56,565 nt of DNA, taken from NCBI GenBank assembly GCA_963575745.1, contig CAUYUJ010000085.1, positions 62,001-118,565 of the forward strand. Reading direction: 5' to 3'. Shown one piece after another: positions 34,851-45,400 of the stretch. This DNA comes from Prorocentrum cordatum. Its lineage: Eukaryota. The notes under the pieces are model-generated. The model saw only the letters and a list, made by a program, of their open reading frames with translations, had not been told where the DNA came from and made no database searches. Position numbers and translations under genes: made by a program. Each line of letters begins with the position of its first letter. The stretch's first letter is position 1.

Positions 34851-34901
34851 TGTGTCGTAGCACGCTGTGCTCCGTGAATATGTTGCCCATGGAGCTTCAC
34901 A

Positions 34902-34913
34902 GCTCCGCAACCA
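34902..34913 (-). promoter_or_regulatory. Primer-binding-site-like sequence TGGTTGCGGAGC
   Basis: Starts with TGG immediately inside the 5' LTR; resembles initiator-Met-type PBS. Confidence 0.6.
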
Positions 34914-35458
34914 TGCAATGGCGCTGCTAGAACCACTGCCCTGAGATGAATCCCTGGATATTGGTCTCTCTCTTCTCTCTCTCTCTCTCGCCTCTCGAGG
35001 TTTCGATAACACTGATGTTGGTGTCGGGGATGTACGGGCAATGGGAAGCACGAGGCTGCTCGCGCGATGGTGATGAAAAGGGGCTGTTACGGTTGCGGGC
35101 CAGCTCGCAATCCTGCGCGTCACAGGCGCGCACCATGAATCCAGCGACACTCTGTCGCTGCAAAGGCTTGAACCAAGGCGGTTTCAAAAGAAACGTCCTG
35201 GGGACACTTGAAACATTTATAGAATGAGCCATCTGGGGCCCGAGGGCTCTACGAGGGTTCTCGGGGAGACCATCAAGCATGCCTAAACTACACACGGAAT
35301 TCGAAACACGATGCGCCGTGAAACGCGGATATATGTAAACCGGGGTCCCTTGTGAGCGCAGACATGTATGCAGGTGTAAGCTCACACTCGGCATCTAGAG
35401 GCCATCTGTTGTGTAGTAAGGAGGCTCTAGTCAGGCAGGCTCTGGGCTGTACGTTGCA
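34914..35458 (-). repeat. 5' LTR
   Basis: Homologous to 26370-26960; TG..CA ends. Confidence 0.88.
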
Positions 35459-36595
35459 CAGCGAGGCCCCCGAAACAATTCCCGACGGAACCAGACGGGC
35501 CAGGAGCCCACCAAGACGGCCCCAAATGGCTCTAAGATGGCCCAAGACGGCTCCCAAGAGGCCTCCAAAACGGCCCACGAGGCTCTCCAGGAAGGCCCGA
35601 AGATGCCAAATGCATCGATTTCCCTCCGGTTTTCGGGAGATATGTTTGCTTCGGTCGGCCTTCCGACGGCCCGAGACGGCCCAAGAGCCCCGAAAGATCG
35701 CCCAAGAGGCCTCCAGGACGGCCCCAGAACAGCCCAAGAAGCCTCCAAGACGGCCCCAAGAGGGCCGCAGAAGGCCCAAAAGGCCTCCAAGACGCCCAAG
35801 ATGGCCTCAAAGACGTCCCTCGAGTCAAGTCGGCCCAGAAAAGCCCCAAAGACGGCTTCCGACGGCGTCGGACGTGCCAGGAATGCCCTGAGACCCCGAG
35901 AAGCCCCCAAAGGCCCTCAAAATGCACAACGAGGCCCCCCAAGATGCCTCCAAGAGGCTCTCAGGAAACTCCCAGGAGGAGGCGCCAAGAGTGCCCCCAG
36001 AGGCTCCCAAGATGCTTCCTCCTCCTCCTCCTGCTCCTCCTCCTCCTCCTCCTCCTCCTCCTCCTCCTCCTCCTTCTATTCTTCCTCCTCCTCCTCCTCC
36101 TCCTCCTCCTCCTTCTATCCTCCTCCTTCTGCTCCTCCTCCTCCTCCTTCTCCTCCTCCTCCTGATCTTCCCCGCCGTCCTCCCCGACGTGTTCCCCGAA
36201 GGGTTCCCACAACTGTTGGGGGAACAAATGGCCTGGTGTGTTGGCAGAGCACTGGCCACAACGCTCAGACGCATGGGCGATTCCAAGCCGCTTGCTCCCC
36301 CAAGCGTTCCCCGAAGGCTTTCCCTACCGACTCGGGGAACAATTGGCCCGATAGCTTGGCCAAGCTCTAGCCCAGCTGTCGGCCACATCAGCGCTTCCAC
36401 AAGGGCAGGGCGCGGCGGCGATTCGCCGTGCGCGTCGTCGATAACGCCAACGTCTCAATACGCGCTGATGGTTCCAATCCGCCCCCGCATGATGTTCGCA
36501 GATGCGCCGAGACAGCGCCGAGACGCACCGACGCGACCCTGATCTACCCCATTAGGATAGAGAGGGGGCCGGCGGCAGGGGGCGAAGCCCTTACG

Positions 36596-37983
36596 AATAA
36601 GACATGAGCCGTGCAATCAGCCATGAGGCTGCATATCCAAGCTCAATTCCGTGGGGGTGGACCACTTCGACCTCGCAATATTTAGAATCGTGTGACATCA
36701 TGCCGGGGAATCCAGAGACTATGCCCTGCCCAACAAGTTGCAGAGTGTAGAAGTTCAACTTGAGGATGATCAATACAACCAGGGCGTAAAACTTCTGCTT
36801 CAGAAAACCCATATTGCCAGCAGTCTCATCTGCTGGCGCCTCTTCCAACCGCTTCTGCCGATCGTACAAAGGAGATGCAACGTCGGTCGTGCACCATACG
36901 AACTGGACATATGTTGCAGAAAGGCAAACGACAGAATAGGCAGACCACGCGGCAGGATTGCATGCCACGGGCCAATCCAAGCATGCACGAACCCACTTAA
37001 GAATCGGACGGAACAGCTCGAACGCTGGGGATACGATGCTCATGACCGCGAAATCGCCCTTCATGCCCTGCATGACCGCATACACTGGCGGAGAATCACT
37101 TGAGTCGCGCTGGGAGGGAAGCAGATCAAATCCACTCTCGATCAGCATTGCGTCCACCAAGAACTGGACGTAGACTCCAACACTTATCACGGTGGCAATT
37201 ACAAGAAGAGCCACTGTCCGATAAGTCCACTTGACGAATGGGTGCCTCAAGAACTGCCACAGCTTCCCCTCGTACTTCACGGCAGGAACTTGACCTCCTG
37301 AGACTCTTGTTTCATTCGTAGCTCGCTCTGCGACGGACTCCATCAGTGTGAGGAGCATGAAGAATAGCGACATCATCAACAAACCGAACAGATAAGTGAT
37401 TAGGAAGGTGACCGCCGCAAACAAGATAATAATGAAAGTCAGCATTGTGAATGATACAATTCCCCACCACAAGATGCAATATCCAACGATGTTGAATGGA
37501 TGTTCACTGTCTCCCGCGGCCTTGCCACCGTGCAACAACATATACGGGAAATGTGCGATGCGAACTGCGAGGCTGCTCAACATCTCGGTTTTACATACTT
37601 TGTGGGCCAAAATGCATAGTACCGTAGATACCAGAGGGGCCACAGCAAGGAATGGGACAAGCCACACAACCATCACCGTCATGAAGGCGTAAATGAACAT
37701 CTCGAATCCTCGGGCTTCGATGGGCGGCTCAGCGGCCCGCACGGCATCGGCCTCCGACGTGCGGCAAATCTTCCACCCTGTAGATTCGACGCCGTCGTCA
37801 GAGCTCCACAGGATCGCCCCGGTTGCCACGACGTCCTGCGGGCCCCGCGAGAAGTGGCCCGAATAGCGCTTCCCGTTCACGGTGAGGACGTCGTAGTTCC
37901 TCTCGCTGCGGAAGCGGATGGCGCTGACGCTCTCCTGCGCCCACGGGTTCACGGAGATCTCGCAGCTCTGCTGGCCACCGTAC
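36596..37983 (-). CDS. CUB-domain multipass membrane protein, exon 2 (cut by insertion)
   Basis: YGGQQSCEI..F.SERNYDVLTVNG.RYSG..WSSD..GWKIC followed by many hydrophobic helices. Confidence 0.85.
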
Positions 37984-38354
37984 CTCGGCTACACGCAGGA
38001 GAGCGACCCTGGGCAAGAGTGACCTGTGGTGCGCGGCCCAGTGTGGGGGGCCCTTCGGGGACACCGCCGGGCGCGCAGGCCGCTGCTGTCGCATCGTGCT
38101 TGGCGATCGGGGTGCCCCACTGGGCCCGCACCAGAGGTCACTCCAGCGAAGGGTCACTCTGACACGTCGTTCATTTCTCATCGTGCTCGTTTCTGCTTGT
38201 GCTCGTGTCTCTGCTTGTTCCTGGCCCCCTGGTGGCCAGGAAGAGGCCCAGGACAGAGGCATCAGACATGAGAGGATCCTGGCCTCCTAAGATACCCCCG
38301 AGAGGCCTCCCGAAGAAGCAGACGTGAGCAACGTGTGCGCGTGCAGCCGCGCAC
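37984..38354 (-). other. Spliceosomal intron (GT...AG|G), 371 bp
   Basis: Splicing CG|GTGCGC...CCGAG|GTAC gives continuous CUB motif CVQSPNYPGRYGGQQSC in frame. Confidence 0.85.
38000..38160. mobile_element. MITE family A copy 2 (intronic)
   Basis: agagcgaccct..gagtgacctgtggtgcg / cgcaccagaggtcactc..agggtcactct. Confidence 0.75.
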
Positions 38355-38509
38355 CGTCCCGGGTAGTTCGGGCTCTGCACGCAGGCCCCGACCTGCTCGC
38401 ACGGCCCCCGCACCGCCGCGACCCACGAGGCGGCGGCCGCCGGGCCGCGGAGGAGGGCGGCCGCCGCCCAGGCCCAGGGGCGGCACGGCCACGGCGCGGC
38501 CCGCCGCAT
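38355..38509 (-). CDS. CUB-domain membrane protein, exon 1 (signal peptide plus CUB start)
   Basis: MRRAAPWPCRPWAWAAAALLRGPAAAASW...GPCEQVGACVQSPNYPG. Confidence 0.82.
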
Positions 38510-38924
38510 CACGGCGGGGGGGCGGCGGGCCAAAGGGCTGGAGCCGGGCGCCCTTTCGGTCTGCACTTCTGGGGTGCTCTTCTGGTTCGTCGCGCTGCCC
38601 TGTTCGTGTGCAGCATCTGCTGTGCTCGTCTCGCTGCCCCCTGCCCTTGCCGCCGCGGCCCTCTTGTTTCAAGTGTTCTTGGGCGCTTGTCCTACAGCAG
38701 CGCCGCTCTGTGCCCATTTTTCGGGTGGCTGTCATTGCCCTCGCTGCTGCGCGCATCTGATTTCACTTCTGGCCGCTTCTGCGCACTGCGGCTCTTTCAA
38801 CATGTTCGCCTGTATTGGGCAGTCTTGGGTATAGCCACTACGTGTTTAGAAAGGGTTGGGTACGTTCCTGGGTAATTTCACGGAGGTTCGTCGCTTGGGA
38901 GGCCTTGGGGCGCGTGGCAGCAGC

Positions 38925-39200
38925 GCCAGGGTGTCTGGAACGTACGCGATCCTCGAGCGGGAGCTTGGGATGACGGGTCTAGGAGGTGGCAGCCCTGCGG
39001 GAACTGCGCAATCCTCGACCGGGTGCGCATGGAATGAGGGATCAGGCATTAGCCGTCATGCGGAAGTACGCGTGGAATGGGGGTTCAGGCATGAGCTGCC
39101 ATGCGGGAAGTTTACCATCCTCGAGCGGGCAAACGTGGAGAGGGGGGGTAGGGACTCCATGCGGGAAGTGCACCCATCCTCGAGCGGGCACGAGGGAAGT
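38925..39200. repeat. ~60 bp degenerate tandem repeat
   Basis: atcctcgagcggg-like x4, atgcgg(g)aagt x3. Confidence 0.65.
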
Positions 39201-39470
39201 GGCCTCGGTGAGTTGGGGGGGTATGCGCGCACGAGGTCCGCTGGTAGAGGAGGGGCGGCCCCTCGCTAGAGTCCAAGAACCCTAGCAGGTAGACGCTGAC
39301 ATTCTTCCAAGCCTCGACGTGCACAAGGCACGGTGGCGGGCGTCTCGGAGGTTCGCGCTCTCCCAGGCGCGCGGAGCGGGCCAGGGGTGGCGCCCGAGGC
39401 GCCGCCAGTGGGGCCCAAGGCCGATCCAAGAGATCCGCGCGGACCTCCGGGAAAGTATGCATGTGTTTTA

Positions 39471-39620
39471 GGTCGGGCATGTCCTCCTACAGGCGGACTG
39501 TGGACGAAAAATCAAAAACTCGAACATATCCAGCACAGATTCAAAATAGTCACACAATCGTCCCCCGACTATGCTTTGACTATTCTTGAATATTCCTCCT
39601 GTAGAGGGACATGCCCGACT
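39471..39620. mobile_element. 150 bp MITE with TA flanks (Tc1/mariner-type), family D
   Basis: TA|ggtcgggcatgtcctcctacagg ... cctgtagagggacatgcccgact|TA; partial copy at 53323-53435. Confidence 0.8.
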
Positions 39621-39771
39621 TACGTGTTCCTCTGACGTCGTCTCTGCTCGTCGTCTCTGCTCTTGGGGCAGGGGTCCTCCCTTGCTTGTCGACGTCGCTT
39701 GCCATTGTCTCGGCCGCACGTGGCGCGCACGTCTCTCTGAGAGCCGGCGCTGCGCTGCGAAATACTTGGCA

Positions 39772-40200
39772 CCTCCTCCTCCTCCTCCTCCTCCTCCTCC
39801 TCCTCCTCCTCCTCCTCCTCCCCCTCCTCCCCCTCCTCCTCCTCCTCCTCCTCCTCCTCCTCCTCCTCCTCTCCTCCTCCTCCTCCTCCTCCTCCTCCTA
39901 CTCCTCCTCCCCCTCCTCCTCCTCCTCCTCCTCCTCCTCCTCCTCCTCCTCCTCCTCCTCCCTCCTTCTCCCCCTCCTCCGACTACTCCGCCCCCTCTCG
40001 ACCTCCTCCCCCCTCCTCCTCCCCCCCCCCTCCTCCTCCTCCTCCTCATTCTCCCCTCCTCCTCCTCCTCCTCCTCTCCTCCTCCTCGTCCTCCTCTTCC
40101 TCCCCTCTTCCTCCTCCTCCTCCTCCTCCTCCTCCTCCTCCCCTCCTCCTCCTCCTCCTCCTCCTCCTCCTCCTCCTCCTCCTCCTCCCCCTCCCCCTCC
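39772..40200. repeat. (CCT)n microsatellite
   Basis: Direct reading. Confidence 0.95.
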
Positions 40201-41371
40201 GCAGCAGCAGCAGCGTCCTTCTTCGAGCGGGATCGAGCTGCGAGGGCCCGGGGCCCACACACCGGGCGGAAGCGCCCTTGTTCTGGCAAGAAGTGCAACG
40301 CCGAGAGCTCAGGGCCTGCGGAAGGAGCCGATCTCTATATACGCACGGACGCGTCTTCTGGCCCCGCACTGAAGCTCGCACAGGAAAGCGGGTCGGGGCG
40401 TCTACGGGATACTGGTGCATACATTTTGTCGATGCTTCCCTTACCCCGACGTCGTCCCAAACCCTCACAGGAAGTCGTGGGATTGAAGAACAACCCGCGA
40501 TCCCCAGACCCCCGACTTCATGATTTCTCCATGACGTCAACCTCCAGAGGTCTTGACCCATTGCCAGGCACCGTTGTTGCATCCTGAGTCGTCTTTTCAC
40601 GGTTCCGAGGCCCAGTAAGGGCCCCCAGATGCCGAAAATGGCGAAGAAACACCCGTCGTGTTTTGTTTCATGACTCGAGGGGGTCTGGGTCACAGGGCAG
40701 GATGTTCTTCCAGACAAGCGCGACGGCGGCGCGCGACGCGGAAGAGGAGGAGGCAGAAGAGCAGGAAGAGGAGGAGACGGAGTAGGGGGAGGAGGAGGAG
40801 GAGGAGGAGGAGGAGGAGGAGGAGGAGGAGGAGGAGGAGGAGGAGGAGGACGTGGAGGAGGACGTGGAGGAGGACGAGGAGGAGCGCAACGGCGGCGCGC
40901 AACGCGCCGACGAAGACGACACCGAAAATGGCGGCGGCGCCGGCGGCGCCGGCGGCCGGCGGGCAGCCGAGGCCCGCCGTGGCCGCTTGGGCGGCGCCGC
41001 GCGGCCACAGCTGGGGGCGCCGTGCTCCCGGCCCCAGTTGGGAACCCGGGCCCCCGTCATCCCTCCCGAACCTTCTCCTCCTCCTCCTCCTCCTCCTCCT
41101 CCTCCTCCTCCTCCTCCTCTCGTCCAGGCTGCCATTTGGGCTCCCACGCGCGCGGGGGCGCGCGGGGGGGGCGTCCATCTGGCCCCAGACGCCGGCGGCC
41201 CGCGGCGATTGCGGGCGCTGGTGCACCTCGACGACGGCTGGCCGCTCGCCTCGACGGCGCTCGCCGTCGCCAGCCTGGCACAGGCGGCAGCGGCGGCGCC
41301 GCGCGGAGGCTCGCCAGGTCCTTCGCGTCGCGGAGGCCCGCAGGACGCTGGCTGGCCACCACGGCGAGGCC

Positions 41372-42376
41372 ATGGCGCAGGACGAGGCGGCCCATGGAGC
41401 CCCTTGGCGCACAGCTCAGGGGCGTGGCGGCGGTGGCCCTGTGTGGGCATGCGCGGCCACGCGGGCGTGCGGGTTCGCCAACAACTTCGCGACCCGCGAG
41501 ACCTGCTGGGCCTGCGGCCTCGACCGCCAGGGCCGGCCTACGGGAGCCAAGGGGGCCCGCCAGCCCACCAGGCCGCGCTCGGCGTCCAGGCCTCGCTCGC
41601 TGGGCGCTGGCGGCGGTCGCCATCTTCGCGGCGCTCCTCCTGGGGCTGGCGGCGGGGGCACCGCGGAGTCCAACGCGGTGGCCAAGTGCCGTAAGGCCCT
41701 CAAGGCGCTGCGCAGCATCTATGACGAAGAGCACTCCCTCGTCGTGGCTGCCAAGGCCGAGCTCAGCCAGGCCGAAGCACAAGAGCGGGCTCACATGGCG
41801 CCTGCCGACGTGCTCCGCTCGGCGCTGGACAGGCAGGCAGCGCGTGAAGAGGGGCGTGCAAAGCTCCAGACGGAGGTCGACGCCCTGGCAGCCCAACTCA
41901 AATCGGCCACCGACAGGCTGGACCGCGTCAAGCTGCAGCTTGTGGAGTCCAACGAGGAGGTGGCGCAGGCCCAGCTGGCCAATGCGGCACATACCGCACC
42001 ACTGGGCGGCGATGCGGCATCTTCGGTGGCGGCGCTTCAGCAACTTCTCCAGACAGCCCACAACTCCATCCAGCAGGGCCAGGACCGCAACATCGTGGGC
42101 GGTGCCATCCTGGAGCAGCTGGTGGGACACGTGCGCACGCCGGGGGACGCAATGCCGAGGCCGTCTCCGCCAGGCCAGACGGCGATGGAGGTTGAGGCCT
42201 TTCGCACCGCGGGCGGGCAGCCCGCTGGCGTCGGCGCCCACACAGCAGCAGTCACAGCAGCCGCAGCGCCTGCAGCACCAGGCGCAGCACGTGCACCAGC
42301 AGCACCACCAGTCGCAGCAGCACCGACGCCAGCAGGAGCAGCAGCGGCAGCGCGGGAGTTTGCGGGCACCACGTAG
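41372..42376 (+). CDS. LINE ORF1 (RanBP2-like zinc finger plus coiled coil)
   Basis: WAC....ACGFANNFATRETCWACG followed by a heptad-rich helix. Confidence 0.85.
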   Translation: MAQDEAAHGAPWRTAQGRGGGGPVWACAATRACGFANNFATRETCWACGLDRQGRPTGAKGARQPTRPRSASRPRSLGAGGGRHLRGAPPGAGGGGTAESNAVAKCRKALKALRSIYDEEHSLVVAAKAELSQAEAQERAHMAPADVLRSALDRQAAREEGRAKLQTEVDALAAQLKSATDRLDRVKLQLVESNEEVAQAQLANAAHTAPLGGDAASSVAALQQLLQTAHNSIQQGQDRNIVGGAILEQLVGHVRTPGDAMPRPSPPGQTAMEVEAFRTAGGQPAGVGAHTAAVTAAAAPAAPGAARAPAAPPVAAAPTPAGAAAAAREFAGTT

Positions 42377-42407
42377 ACGAGCCACGCGCCGCAGGGCGCG
42401 CACCAGC

Positions 42408-45400
42408 ATGGGGGTTGTCACATTCAATGGGTATTGCTGGCGATCGTGCCAGCAGTTTTGGCAGAATGGAGCGACAGATGCGCTGGTGGTAACGGCTCAG
42501 GAACTTCGACTTGATGGCGAAGCGTTGGATCAGGCGCGAACATGGGCGACGAGAAATGGATGGCAGCCATTCAGTCCGTGCAGGCGCCTGGCTTCCAAGC
42601 TGCCGAGCGCGGGCGTGGGGATCTTTGTCAGGGCGCATGTATCCACTACTCTTCTTAGTGGTGCTGGGGGCGTTACGGATGGGTTCGAGATCGTACGTTC
42701 GTGGGCGGTGGCAGTACACGTACATGCTGGGATCAAGGGAGGCTTCATCGTCGGGTCGGCGTACATGGAGTCGGTCCCAGACCCCGACTTTCTCACCGCT
42801 AACTATCAGAAGCTCATGCGCATCGCGGAGAGCATGCGCTACTTCTCCGCCCCTTTCATTTTCGCAGGTGACTGGAACACGGAGCCTGCCAACATGGAGG
42901 TGCTGGGCTTCTTGCAGATCATGCCTGCCATTGCGGTGGCCACTCAAACGTCGGGCACTTGTCGTTCGGCAAAGACGGGCACTTACAGCACCATCGACTA
43001 CTGGCTGGCCTCACCTGACTTTGCGAAGGCTTGTGGCGTCCCCTACGTGCTCGACTCTTGGGTCCCGAGGCCCCACTATCCTGTGCGCATGGATCTCGAC
43101 GCGAAGCCCAGGGCGCACATGCAGATGCACCTGAAGGCGCCCAAGCCTTTCCCCAAGCAGGCGCCGCGGTGCTCACGGGCCAGTCCCTTGTATGGACCGC
43201 CCAAATTGCAACCCTACCTGGACGTGGTCAGGCAAGATGCGGATCTGGGACAACCTGAAGATGGTGATCAGGCACAGCGGCGGCTCGACGGCCTCCACGC
43301 CAACTTCATCTCGTTCGTGGAGCAGGACCTCTGCCACATCAACCAGGTGGACGTGCAGGATCGCGAGAAGTATTGTGGTAGAGCGGAAGCTCCTGCATAT
43401 GTCTGGCGTCCAGCGGGAGGGCCCATCCTCAAAGGGGCTCCAGCAGCTGGCCCCGAAGCCCGCTGCATGCGCAACGTGACCTTCGCGCTGCAAGACCTGG
43501 CCGCTCAACTTGAAAGGGCAGAGCCAACAGGTCATCTTTCGCCAGCTACCACATCGGCTTCGACTTACTCAGGCGTCGTCGGCATCGCGGGCTCCAGCTC
43601 TCAGTTGAAGTTTGATGCTGGCATGGCTGCGCAGCGGACGGCGCCACGTGATCGTGACAAGGATGCAGTTTCTCGCGTGACATCTACTTATTCAGGTGAC
43701 GCCAACGACTCGGGCTCCAGCTCTCATTTGAAGATTGCAGTCGGCATGGCTGAGAAGCGGGCATCACCACGGCATCGAGCAAGGACAGCAGCTTCCCTTG
43801 GGAATTCTACTCATTCAGGCGACGTCGGCGGCTCGGGCTCCAGCGCTAATTTAAAGTTTGTCGCTGGCATGGCTGAGCAGCAGGCGGAGCCACATGGACA
43901 CGACGAAGGGCCAGATCGAGGAGGGCTTCGCGACGAGAGAGGGCACGACGATCAAGACCAAGGCGATCGGGAGGGACCTACCCCACCGAGGCGTCGGGGT
44001 CCAGGTCTTATTGGGCCCAACTGGGCGCGCATCACGAGGGCTCTTCGGCCAGGTCATCGTCAGGACATCCACGCGACGGAGGGCGTGGTGCTGTTCGAGT
44101 GGGCTTGGCCTGTTCTACGTTATGCGTGCAGACTGGAGGCCTCACAGTACATCCTGTTTGTCAAAGCTCTCGCCCTGACCTTCGAAGGCCATGCCAAGGT
44201 TCTCGAGCAGCAGGCAGCCAACAAGAGGGCCAAGAGCTTTCACAAGTGGGCCCAGGACGCGCTGATCACAGGCGCCTCCCCAGTCTCCGGCATGACCAAG
44301 CTGAAGGGGCGGGCGCACAATGAGGTAGACAGGTTCGGTATTCGCTCAGCGCTTCCTCAAGCAGTAGCAGACAGCCAGATGGACATGTGGAATGACATAT
44401 GGCAAGGTACAAAGGTCTCCAAAGCTGCGGATAAGGACATCATCTACAAGGACGTGGGCAGCATCACCTGTGCCGTCAGCCTCGGCGACAACGAGTTCGA
44501 CGTCGAGCACATTGCAGACAGCCAGGACGACCTGGTGAAGCTCATCCGCACCCTACCATGCGAGGCCATGCAGGTACCCACGATCGATGACGTACGGCGT
44601 GCTTCGAGATCCTTTGCGTGGAAGACGGGACTTGGTGCTGACGCAATGCCTCCACGAGCGTACTCTCTTTTGGTCGACGACGCCGTGGCCATGCTCGTGT
44701 ACCTTCTATGGGCTGCGGAGGCCTGGGGGCGATGGCCCACCACCATCATGGCCATTCACGTGATGTTGTTGGCGAAGCCCCAAGGCGGCTTCAGGCCGAT
44801 AGCCTTGCTGCCGTCCATCTACAGGGTGTACACCAAGATCAGGATCGCCCACGTGCGCAGGTGGGCGGCCAACCACACGCGTCCTTACCTCGCGCTGGGC
44901 TCAGGACGATCTACGATAGATGTGGGTGCGCGCACAATGGTCTACGCTGAGGCAGCCGACGCAAGAGACCAGGACGCCATCATCACAGCCCCGATGGACA
45001 TCAGCAAGTGCTTCGACAGGCTCAAGTGGATCAAGATCATCGAGGCCGCCAAACACGTTGGGTTTCCGCTCAGCGTCCTGCGCAGTGTCCTGGCCATGTA
45101 TGCCGCTCCGAGGCGCATTCGATGGGGGACGAACTTCTCATATGCCGTCAGGGCCACGCAAGGGGCCCTACCTGGCTGCTCGGTGGCAATGCATTTGTTG
45201 CAACTGATCATGATCCTGCCCTTCGATATTTATCAGGCGTCGATCACGCAGATACCGCGCACCCTGGACATCTATGCAGATGATATCACGCTTCAGATCA
45301 TGATGAAGGCGAATGAGATTGTCCAGGCAGCTCAGGCGGCTATCGGCAGGTTGGCGGTGGTCCTCCAAGCACTTGAGCTTCCCATCGCCAAAGACAAGGC

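Larger units (their letters stand above)
26370..35458 (-). mobile_element. Copia-like LTR retrotransposon, heavily decayed
   Basis: Paired TG..CA LTRs, PBS-like site, order gag-PR-(MTase)-INT-RT-RH. Confidence 0.9.
18891..36595 (+). mobile_element. ~17.7 kb composite nested insertion with asymmetric subterminal inverted repeats
   Basis: AAT on both flanks; CCGCCGGCCCC (18891-18901) pairs with GGGGCCGGCGG (36565-36575); GGGC-GAA-GCCC hairpin at 36580-36590. Confidence 0.7.

Noticed and set aside
18919..36594. Simple GT-AG intron explaining the 17.7 kb gap
   Set aside because: The obvious donor (phase 2) and the only usable nearby AG (phase 0) are out of phase; it cannot be asserted without transcripts.
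41022..42407. N-terminal ~460 aa of the 1590-aa ORF
   Set aside because: Alternate frame over LINE ORF1; recognisable ORF2 begins at the endonuclease near 42408.
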